This document shows, one piece after another, positions 13,053 through 24,445 of a stretch of DNA of 64,000 nucleotides (position 1 is its first letter; each line of letters starts with the position of its first letter). The stretch covers positions 105,090,001 through 105,154,000 of the forward strand of contig OX597820.1 in NCBI GenBank assembly GCA_951406725.2, read 5' to 3'. The DNA is from Octopus vulgaris. Lineage: Eukaryota. The position numbers and the translations under genes were made by a program. Below the pieces are notes generated by a model that saw only the letters and a list, made by a program, of their open reading frames with translations, made no database searches and was not told where the DNA came from.

Positions 13053-13740
13053 TCACCTGTGCTTGTACCGTGTAAAAAGCACTATTCACCTCACCTGTGC
13101 TTGTGCCACATAAAAAGCACTAAGTCCACTCTGCCGAGTGTTTAGTGTTGGGAAGGGTCTCCAGCTGTAAAAATCCTGCCAAAACAATCACAGAAGTCTG
13201 GTGCAACCTTTGGCCTGGCCAGCTCTTTTGGTACCATCCTACCCATGCTAGCATGGAAAATGATGATGATGATCTATCACTTTTCATCATCAGCTTACAT
13301 CCCATTTTTCCATGGACAGAGTGGGTCTTCTCTAATACAGCATCTCAGAATGTATTATAGTTCTTTGTCATTTCTCATTGAAATCAGATCTCACTACTGT
13401 CTCTCATCCAGATTCTGTGCACTTGGATTGCCTGGTGCTTCTTTACTTAATTGTTATTTTCCATATGTATCACTTATCTTTACCAGATTGGTCTTCTCTC
13501 TTATACACATTACATCTAATTTTTCTTAGACTTTCAGTACAGTTGTGTTTTGTCATTCAAACAAACTGAGATTAAATATTCAGAATAAGTCACAGCATTT
13601 CTTTCCACCCTTCACACACTCTCTACATTTGACACCCATGTTTTGCCACCCTGCAACATTACATTTCATACACAAGCAGCACAGTCTGCTCTTCACCTGG
13701 AGTGTGAGTGAATCCCTTTGTTGCCAGCAGGTGTAATAAT
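13053..13740. mobile_element. Two RTE 3' fragments joined tail-to-tail
   Basis: Plus copy ends 'cccatgctagcatggaaaa(tga)n' at ~13272; the minus copy starts 'tcatcatcagcttacatcccatttttccatgg'. Confidence 0.6.
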
Positions 13741-15819
13741 TCTCTGAATGTATATCAGGTACATGATATAGAATTCTGAGCTACTTATCTACTCCTTTTG
13801 TACAAACTAAACCTTTTGTCTTTGCTAGGATTACTTGAAGATCTGTCTATCCTAAGATTTAGGCAGAGCTGTCTAAAAATGTTTGCTTCCCAGCCATATG
13901 GAACCTAGGGCTAGTGTCTTCTATAATTCAGGACTAAGTAAATCCTTTTGAATGGATTTGGCAGACAGAAACTGAAAGAAACCTGTCATGTGTGTGTACC
14001 TCTTTGTATTGATATTATATGATAATTATAAACAAGTGTCACTATCATATGGAAAAATAGACATTACAACAATGGTGATAATGATGATGATCTAGAATTT
14101 CTTTGCTAGTTTCTGCATGATTGCAGTATCAACAATATTACTTCCTTCTTTCTTGAGGTCTGAGATACATCTAAAATGGAAAAATGTGACTAAATAACTA
14201 TAACCCTTTTTTTTTTTCAAAGGACCTTGTTTCACAAATATAAAAAACTCACAGGTGAATGTGATTAGCCACTGTTATTGCAATCATTTTTCTCATTGCC
14301 ACCATACTCAACATCATTATCATTTCCAACGTCCTCACTGTTATCACAAGACTGCATTCTGAGTTAATTAAATAAGTTTGAGATTTTAATTCCATATTTG
14401 CAGATAACGGAATTAAGAATATCTCAGAAAACCTCACCCAAATATACATGTCTAGATTGTGTTTTGTTTTCTTTGCAAATTGCTGATTTACACTGTTAAT
14501 GATGATGATGATAATGGTGGTGATGATTATGATTGAAGAATGTAAAATCCTAACAGCAAATTTCAGTCGATTCACATTAACGATATCACTAATTATAACT
14601 CAATTAAATAACCATGTTCACTGTGAAACAAAAAGAGAACCTAGACATGGTCATTTAATCTGCTGAAATTAGCAACCAAATCTTGCTCAACTCACAACCT
14701 ATTAAAACAAGAAAAAAGAAAAATGGAAGACATATTGGATAATTCAGTCCGTGAAAGAAGATGTTTGAATGAAAGTCAAGATGGTCGTGCCAGGAATATT
14801 TTTAATTGTAGATCTGCTCAACAATGTCAGATCAACAGTAGACAACAAATATCATGTTCATCTCTGAGTAACACAGTTGATTAAACAAAAACACAGATCT
14901 CCAAGATACAGAGATAGTATCAAAACGAAGACATTCTTGCCTTTTTTTTCTTCTTTCCTCTAAAACAGTGTATATGTCCAGATCACATTATCCAACATAT
15001 CCATTAAGACAGTAGGGTGTGGTTCAAGGGAGATATGGCTACTGTCTGTAGCTGACTGAGCCACTATGCAGTGTCTCTCATGCTGACCCATATGAATATA
15101 TGTTTTTTTGTGTGTGTTTATATGTGTACAACAATGGAAGTACACAAGACTTTGGTTTTAATACTCTCACTGATGCTATAGTTTCTTGTAATTATCAATT
15201 ACACATCAGAAATTCCTTCAGGGCAAGACGAAAAACATTCTCCATATCGAATTGAATTATTTGTATACTATGGGAAGCCACCTGAATTTTTTACCAGCAA
15301 AACATTTATCTACATATAATATCTAGGCATAAATCTACTTGTATATATAACAATGTGCACCAATGTTTTTATATGCAAAAATATAGACATATACACTTAT
15401 ACATATAGACTCACACACACACACACACACTCAGTGACAGGCTGACAGGCATTAATAGAAAGGCAAATTGATAGAGACAGAGGGATAGTCAAAGAATGTT
15501 TTGTTATCACTTAAAAATGTTTGCTTTCTTCATCAACAAAAACCTTTCAGTGTTTTTCTTCACTAATTTTTAAAACTTTGGCAATCTATTAATACATGAA
15601 ACAATAGTTTAACAGTTCCACAGAATTAAACTTACACAACAAAACGCCAGACATTTTTCATAAGTATGCCAGTCAAGAACAGTCTAGTTTGTAGTCTACA
15701 GTTTTATATTCAGTCTAGACCAGACGATCTCTTATATTCAGTGTAGTATAATTTAGTAGTTTTGTCCAGTATAGTCAATTTTAGTCTACATTACTTAATT
15801 TAGTGTTATTATATTTCAT

Positions 15820-16100
15820 GCAGGGAGTGTTAAAAAGTTAACTATAAATAATTACATGCAATGAGAAAATAAATCAAAATTATTCATTGACCTACATAAT
15901 TTAAATTATTTAATTTTAACAAGAGAAATTTCCCCGTACAGTAAAATGCATGCTTTGCATATGAGGTCATAACACAACTGAAACATGTCTGGAGTTGCCC
16001 CCATACTCATTGAAATAATTAAAATTATATTAGTCACCATTTAATATTGTTTATTCCTCACCATTTAATTATTTTTAATTAACATTTTCATACTCCCTCA
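15820..16100. mobile_element. MITE with ~55-bp imperfect TIRs
   Basis: agggagtgttaaaaagttaactataaataatta versus reverse complement of the right end agggagtatgaaaatgttaattaaaaataatta. Confidence 0.65.
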
Positions 16101-17252
16101 TCGCTTTCCCTGTAGGTGGCATTTCAGCAATTTGGCCTACATTATTATAGCTACTTAAATATGGTCCATATAATAATGAATATTTAATTATTGAAGATGT
16201 CAATGATTTGAGTGGACACAGCAGAGTAGTGTGTATCAAATAATGAAAAAAAAAAAAACAAGAGTAAGATCTATAAACTGATCACATGGGTGAAAATTCA
16301 TTAACATGACCAGAAGTCAAGTCAAAGAATACAAGCTTCCATGAAAGAATAAATAAAGAACTGCATTTAATATATTGTTGATAAGTGTCAGTTCTCAATG
16401 AGTTGTTAATAAACTGGAGTTAAAATTCAATTAACTATCATCCTTGTCATTTAAATTATCCAAACCAGTTACAGAAGGAAATAATAATACTATTGCAACA
16501 AGAAATTTATCCAGGACACAAGTAAACATATGCACACACAACATTTACATAAAGAGACAGACAGACATAATTATAATTATGGTGAGTTATGTAGATTAAA
16601 TATCTTCTATCAAAATTCTGACATCATTTATGGGGAAAAAATATATGCTGGTAATCATTTTCAGAAAATTAATATCAATTAAATATCTTGCAAATGATTA
16701 AATACTTAAGAATTTCCTATTTCTCTTAAAGACTTCCTTCAATTCAAAAATACTTCTTCATAATAATAAAAATAAATAAAAAATGAAGATCAAGAAGATG
16801 ATGGTAATAGGGCTTTTAATGCTGATGATTTTAATCATCATTATTATGACTACTACTGCTTAAACATATCTGAGATTGTTAAGAGAAATGAGAGTTTCTG
16901 ATCTTATTAGTTTCCATGAAGATAAGACAGAATATTCTAGGTTATCAAAGATATATAACCTAATGTTTCCACTAATAAAAACTTGTACATTTTTTGAGGG
17001 GCATCAGGTGTGCCAGTGTCATACAAATGGGTCTCATATGGTCAAAAACAATGCATAACCACCATTCCTAAAATGGTTCCAACTGGAACTCAAAATCAGA
17101 TTAAGGTTGAAGTCTCAGCTCACCAAAACTTAATGTCATGCAACACTGACCACCCACACACCCCGTCCACCCCTGTCTCCAAAAACATTTATGGCTTCTT
17201 ACAAATTAAAATCAGGTTACAAACTGAATTCACTTAGAATCACTCCACAACA

Positions 17253-17760
17253 TTTAACATCCATTTTCCATGCTGGCATGCATTGGACAGCTTGACAGGA
17301 ACTGGCAAAGCCAGGGCCTGCATCAGGTTCCATCGTCTGTTTTGACTGGGTTTCTACAGCTGGATGCCCTTCCTAATGTCAATCATTCTACTGAGTGCAT
17401 TGGATGCCTTTTACATGGCACCAGCACTCACACAAATGCTTTTTACATGATACCTTGGTTTTACGATCTCAACTCTGTGGTGAGCAATGCACCGCATATC
17501 TTGGTCGTCTGTTATCTCCTTTGTAAGGCCCAGTGTTTTGAGACTGGCTTTCAATACTTTATTCCATGTCTCCTGAGTCTCTCTATTCAACAACTTCCCT
17601 TGACTTTAAGTGATCAGCACTTCTTTATGCAGCTAACCTCATCCATCCACATCACCAAACCAATTTAGTCTCCTCTCTTGCACGTTGCATCTAATCTCTC
17701 TTATGCCCAACTTTTTTCTCAATACACCAATGCTCTGTTACACATGCACGCTAACATCAT
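17253..17760 (-). mobile_element. RTE LINE 3' fragment (degraded ORF C-terminus plus 3'UTR)
   Basis: Minus translation LRKKLGIREIRCNVQERRLNWFG and ETWNKVLK, homologous to the 58602-58830 peptide. Confidence 0.8.
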
Positions 17761-18524
17761 GTCCCTCCTCTCCCCCATCACTTACAAGGTATTTTTCTTG
17801 GGTGGTAGACAGCTCAATACATCACATAGCACAACACCACCAACTGGCACCTTAATCGTCTTTAGCAGAGTTCATTCTTTTGTAAGCATTCAGGCCAGGC
17901 TCTTGATTTGAGGATGCCTTCCCCCTTCCCTCACCAAATTGGAAGTCCTGAAATGGGTCATGAGGATTGCTTTCCCTCATGAGTAAAAGAGAAAAAAAAA
18001 TCTAACTGTAAGGTGGCTCCTTGAATAAATATTTATTAAGAGTTAAAGGTGTTGTAATCATTTTTAATGAATTGAGATCACTTACTGAAAAAGTTTTGAT
18101 ACATTTTAGAAATTCAGTTGCATGCAATGGTTCAAACCAATAAGAAGCTATGATATTTAATCTTTTTGATACCAACCTCTCTAAGACTGTTTGTGGTTCT
18201 ATGACACAGACAGATATATGTTTGAAAAGCTGAAAATAGTGTTAGGCTCTTACACAAATACTTCCATCACGTTTACGTTAATTAGCTTTTCTTTAGAGAT
18301 TCTTTTTATATAATAATTTTTAATCTAAGAAACTTATTTTCAAATACACAAACATACGTATGCATATTGGTACATACACACATGCATGCACACAAACACA
18401 CACATGTGTGTGGTTAGAGTCTCCTCTTGACAATTGTATAGTTGATGTTGTTTGTAAAGCAATGAGTTTTCAATATCTGTGGCTCTTAAATCAGCAATAA
18501 TTCAACCAATCTTTTTTTCATGAT

Positions 18525-18937
18525 AGGCACAGAAACGGCTTCCTTTCCAACCATGTGATCTTGGGTTCAGTCCCACTGTGCAGGACTTTAAAAAGTGTCA
18601 TCTATAACTCTGAGCTGATCAAAGCCTTTTGAGTGAATTTGTGAATTTGATAGAAACTGAAAGAAGCCTCCATATGTGTGTGTGTGTGTACATGCGCCCA
18701 TTTGTTTAATCTTGTCTTGACATGTTATGATTGAAAACAAACCTCACCATCATATAGGTAATGTTCATTTCCAGTCATCTGTAAAAACTATATCTGAGCA
18801 TAGGGGGAATATTACCCTTGCTTGGAAACTAGTGAAGTTCTGCAACAATAACGGCATCCTGCCATAGAAATTTTGTTTCAACAAACTCAATTTAACCAAT
18901 GCAAGTATAGAAAAGTAGATGTTAAATGATGATGATA
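18525..18937 (+). mobile_element. SINE family A
   Basis: B-box-like 'gggttcagtcccactg', 'gaaactgaaagaagcc', (gat)n tail. Confidence 0.8.
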
Positions 18938-21232
18938 TAAAAAAAGTGGTGAGCACACTTTTGCAGGTTGCTGCCTCCTAGCACCCACTCTCCACATTCA
19001 CTACCACAAACATAGACCACTTTCTGCAGCAAATTCAAAACAACTGCATTTCACAAATAAATTTAACGTAACCCATTAATTTGTTGTTCTTTCATCCATC
19101 GCCCCCGTCCCCTTTTAGCCATCCCATAATAACCCCTCTTTTCTTCAATGAACCCCCACCCCACCCAGATTTTTTCACCACACATAGGGGTGGGAGGAGT
19201 ACTGCTCACTTTGGGAACTGCTGGTATAAAGAAACATACACACCTGAGCACATGGACTCAAACATGCAATTGATAGCTGATTCAAATGAACTTTTATTTT
19301 AGTGCAAGGTTTGGTTTCAACATGCTTAGCTTCAATATCTGAATTCTGCAGCAATGATTTAGGAATAAAAATTTTGAGTTTGAATTTAACTTAAAAGTAT
19401 ATTTCTATGAACAAATAGACCACTTGGAGGCAATGGGGAAAATAACCAATCAAAATATAATCTAAAACAACTAAAAATTCACAAAATATCAGTGGCAAAA
19501 AAGAATCAAAAATAAATTAGGAGCCAATTTTTTATTAAAACATTGAACTCATTAAACTCCACGTAATATCTCAAACTTTAAGAATAAAGAATCAACACCT
19601 GTGAAAATCGGTAGAATCAGAAATTGTCAGCAGTTTGTGTCAACAGTCTTGTAATATTACTGGCAAAGTGTCAAATAGCTAGTATGCCAGATCCACAAGC
19701 TATTTTGATAAACCTGTATAAAGTTCTGGTGATGTTATTCACCTCTAGAGATTAAGCATGAATATTCACCACCCTCAATGACCTGACACCATTTCAAGAT
19801 ACATTAAAAGCAGCATTATCATCATCACCATTATTTTAGTGTTGACTTTCCATGCTTGCATGGGTCAGATGAGATATGTTGAGGCAGGTTTTCTACAGCT
19901 GGATGCTGTTCCTCTTGCCAGTTCAGATATATTTTCAAGAAGACTACAAACAACAACACTTGTATGACTGATATTTGTCAACAACTACAGAGCAATTTCA
20001 AGACAAACAAACAAAGAAGGGAGGGGAAGGATGCACGCACACACATAAGCCTCCTTTTAGTTTCTACAGACCAAATTCCAGGGCAATAGTAAGAGACAAG
20101 GATGCAAAGTAAACTTCTCAATCACAGAACTATACATGACAAAAATAATGAGATCAATGGTGTAGTTTCCAAAATGCTTTAAAAAATTTCTGTATCAGCT
20201 CTATTCCTGACCAAGTAAAAAATGATATCTTAAGTCTCATTCTTGGGATATGTAGAGTTTATACACCTTGAAAATCCTCTAGATTTTGAACTCTAAACAT
20301 TTGATCCGGTAGTTCAATATAATATCTACTTGCTCACTGTTTCCAAAATGTGATTGTACAATTAAGTTAAATGAATAGTCCATTAATTAGTAAAATTGAT
20401 GGTCATTAATTAGTTTAACTAATATGCCATTAATTTGTTAATTAGAGTTTTTATACTAATGTGTAAGTCCACTGTTACTGAAATTACTTAATTTTAGCAA
20501 CTAGGTTTGCTGTGTGCTAAACCATTGCAACCTTTCCCAACGTCCCATGAGAAAATATAAATTTAAAAAACCAGTAAATAAATAATGAAATAAAAATGAA
20601 TTAATAAACAGTTTTGCATTAATTTTTTTGCAACCACAAAAAGATAAGATTATTGATAATGGACTTGTAAAATATTCCCCGATACAAAGTTTTTATTGGC
20701 TGCATGTGAATCAAAGGAGATTTGACCTTTTAGTAATTAGGTGTAATATTAATGGTGTTAATGTTATCATTTTAAAATCTTTTAATAATGTTATAAAATC
20801 AATATTTTTTCATGAATATTAAATTAAGAATAAAATATGCTTTGTGTGATTTGCAGATGTTTTCCAACTTCCAAACATATTAGTTTTCATCAGATGGAAC
20901 AAAATTCTGTTTTAAGGCCACTTTCAAATACGATGAGACTAAACCAAAATGAAGTGAGTAAAAAAGATATACAAAAAAATGGTTTCAGGTTCAGTCCTAA
21001 TGCATGCCACAAGTCGATTTCATGTGGTTGGGAAGCAAACTTCTGACCATGTAGCCATGCATGTACTTCCTTCCTTCCTCCTTTGCTTCCTTCCTCCTTT
21101 GCTTCCTTCCTTTCTTTGTTTCTTTGTGCATTTCTGTCTCTTTGTCTTGAAAGTGCTCAGTAGTTGTAGACAAATATCAGTTATATACAAGTGTTGTTGT
21201 TTGTAGTCTTCTTGAAAATATATCTGAATTGG

Positions 21233-21760
21233 GGCACCTTCTATAGCCCCGGGCCAGCCAAAGTCTGGTAAATGGATTTGTAAACAGAAACTAAAAGAAT
21301 CCCATTGTATGTATTTATGTGTGTTTCATGTTTGTGTTTGTCCCCACCATCACTTGACACCCAGTTTTGATTTGTTTACATCTCCATAAATTAGCGGTTT
21401 GGCAAGTTAATCTGACAGAATAAATATCAAGCATGAAAAATAAATACTGGGGTTGATTTATTTGACTGTACCCTTCAAGTTGGTGCCCCAGCATGGCCAC
21501 ACTCCAATGACAGAAAAAGCAAAATATATTTATTTATTATGTATATATGTATGTGTGTGAGTGTAAGTGTGTGTATGTTTATCTCCTTATCTTGACATGA
21601 CATGATACTTGTAAACGAGTGTTCTGTGAAAAACATATCCAGCCATGGGAAAATACTGCTTTGCCTGGAAACAGGTAAGGGTTGACAACATTCGGCCTCA
21701 ATAAACTCTATCCTGCCCAAGCAGCATGGAAAAGTGAATGTTGAAAGAATGGTGACTAAG
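21233..21760 (+). mobile_element. Composite SINE family A: body, tail B, then RTE-type tail A
   Basis: Tail B 'tgtttgtcccccaccatcacttgac..gtgccccagcatggcc' followed after (TG)n by tail A 'cttgacat..ggaaacaggtaagggttg..gcatggaaaagtg'. Confidence 0.7.
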
Positions 21761-22926
21761 ATGATAATTGAAAATATACAACAGGATACAGCATTATCTC
21801 ATGGACTAAAGTAAGTTGCGAAATGAACTCCTTTCATATTCAAATTTTTGGACTTAAGATAATAGTAAATGAAAACTGGTGCTTAGAGATCCACCAGACA
21901 GGAAACCCATCCTACAGTAATTCCTACAATCTTAAATGTTGGATACATGTTTATATATTTGGTTGGACATCCAGCAGATTAATTACTGCTAGAGAAGTAA
22001 AACTAGGTTTCACATAGAATCATGTAGCTGGTAGGATTGATTCTGCTGGATGTATTTAAATCTGTAGATTGGAAGTTGATAACAGAAAAGATAACATAAA
22101 CAACAAAATAAGGTGGTAAATTAGTAGTCATTAGTAAGTTAAATAGTATTTTTCTAACATTCTGTTTCCCGTGTCCAAATCCTACTAAGATTTATACTGC
22201 CTTTCATTCAAAGGGATTGATAAATAGAGTACTAGTCAAGTACTAGATTACTCTTTTACTCTTTTGGTTTCTCCACTACCCTTCTTACAATCTATCTCTT
22301 TCTCTCTCAAAATCAGTTATTTGAAGGGGCCAAGAAAGGGAAGCTCGCATCACAACTTCACCAATCCTTTCCTCATCACTAAGAAAAGGACATGGTAAAT
22401 AAGCAAATGAGCAATAACAGAATTTCCAGATTATGCAGATTTTGAGAGCAGCTTGTTTGAGACCATCTTCTGGTTCTATGATACAAACTTCATGTTTTAT
22501 AGCAATCTTGATTAAAAACTTGAATCAAAATTTCATTTTAATTTATGCTACAAGCACTGGCTTAATAATTACAAAGCTATTTTATTAACTTCTTCACTAT
22601 TTTCAAAATAAACTGACACAAAAGCAATGTATTTCAAGAGAAATATAATTAAGGAACTGGTTTTGAAAGTTCGTGTTTTTAAATCAGAGGCTCAGCTAAA
22701 AAAGGTTTGACTATTAGATTGAGCTGATCTGTTACAGAATAAAACAGAGCCAATTAAACAATACAAATCTATACTAAGCACTTCAATATAGATCAAATAC
22801 AGACAATATGGTCACAGAAAGCTATGTTTCAAATAAACTGATATATTAGATGTGTTTAATAAGTTATTATATTACGCTTGTATGCAGATGTCATGCAGTT
22901 CGAATTCACCCACAGAGTTGGTTGAT

Positions 22927-23140
22927 TAATCCTTCTGATCCCAAACCACTGAAAGCTCCCCTGGTTCATTGCTCTAAAGTGATCAAAATTTAAACCTTGC
23001 ATCAAAATTTCATGTTAATTCATATTCTAAACACCAGCTTAATAATGACAAACTTATTTTACTAAATTCTTCATTATTTTAAAAATTGATTAAAACAAAG
23101 GCAGTGTATTTCAACAGAAATATGATAACAAAAGAATTAA
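22927..23140. mobile_element. TTAA-flanked MITE family 2
   Basis: ttaa-tccttctgat..taacaaaagaa-ttaa; related copies at ~22460-22660, 39890-40110, 47045-47474, 53367-53600, 55875-56120 and 61550-61690. Confidence 0.75.
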
Positions 23141-23439
23141 CACTAAGGACATAAGTTTCATCCAAATTCTAACTTACTGGTTGGAGGCTAATAAAATTAA
23201 ATGGAAACTTTGGAGATTTTTCACCTTGTAATACTTAGAATAATGGAGAAGATAACAGATGATATGCCAGACCTTTGGGTGCTTTTAGCAGAGTTTAATC
23301 AGTGGTAAACATTGACCTACAAATGTTTAGACTTGGTTTCAGCATTGTCAATCTCACCTGTCTGAGAACTCTACAAATGAATCCCCAAACTAATTTATAA
23401 AAAAAAGAAATAATTTTAAAAAATAGATAAATAAAACTA

Positions 23440-23730
23440 TCTTTTGTTTTACTTGTTTCAGTCATTAGACTGTGACCATGCTGGAGCACTACCTAGAAGA
23501 ATTTTAATTGAATGAATTGACCCTATGACTCATATTCTTTTTCCTTTTGTTAAGCCTGGTACTTATCCTGTCAGACTCTTTTGCTAAACTAAGTTATAGG
23601 TACATAAACACACCAACACCAGTTGTCAAGCAGTGGTGGGGACAAACACAGACACAAAGGCACACAGACACAGGTATATATATGATAGGTTGCTTTCAGT
23701 TTCTGTCTACCAAATCCACCCACAAGGCAT
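23440..23730 (-). mobile_element. SINE family A with tail B
   Basis: 'ttttgttttacttgtttcagtcattagactgtgaccatgctggagcac' is the reverse complement of the 24390-24440 tail. Confidence 0.8.
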
Positions 23731-24006
23731 AAGGTTCTTACCAGACAGCCACTCCCTGCACCTTTTATAGATTAAGTAGGTGCTTAGAAAAGTGGTAAAT
23801 TCTGAGCATCTATATGTTAGTTTTAATAACAGGAATGGCTTCATTGGCAAAGACAAAAGCCACAAATATCCTATTTTTCTCCTAATTAATGATAAAATTT
23901 CAGTCTTATTTTAAAATCATTAAGAGTGCAAATATAAGTAATTAGTAGGATACTCAATTACATAGGTACTGACCTAACTACCAAAAGCTCTCAAATCAAT
24001 CCTAAT

Positions 24007-24145
24007 AGGCACAGAAGTGTGGTAAGAAGTTTGCTTCCCAACTACATGGTTCCAGGTTCAGTCCCACTGCATGGCACCTTAGGTAAGTGTCTTCTACTTT
24101 AGCCTTTGTGAGTGGATTTAGTAGATGGAGACAAAGAAGCCCATC

Positions 24146-24189
<44 letters not shown>

Positions 24190-24445
24190 CATAGATACAC
24201 ACACACATATATATAAGCCTGTGTGTGTCTTGGCATTTGTCTCCCATCACCACTTGATAACTGGTGTTGGTGCATTTACATCCCTATAACTTAACAGTTC
24301 AGCAAAAGAGACTAATAGAATAAGTACCGGGCTTTAAAGAAGGAAAAAGGTACTGGGGTCGATTCATTCCATAAAAATCTTTCAAGGCAGTGCCCCAGCA
24401 TGGCCGCAGTCTAATGACTGAAACAAGTAAAAGAGAAAAGATAAG
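24007..24445 (+). mobile_element. Near-complete SINE family A with tail B
   Basis: 'gtgtggtaagaagtttgcttcccaactacatggttccaggttcagtcccactg' head, central (TA)n, tail ending 'actgaaacaagtaaaagagaaaaga'. Confidence 0.9.

Noticed and set aside
14249-14575. 108-aa minus ORF next to a GTGAGT donor
   Set aside because: Built largely on decayed (GAT/CAT)n; no protein-like frame links a good acceptor to the donor.
15182-15320. Protein-looking plus frame FLVIINYTSEIPSGQDEKHSPYRIELFVYYGKPPEFF
   Set aside because: Short, no convincing donor, and no recognisable family.
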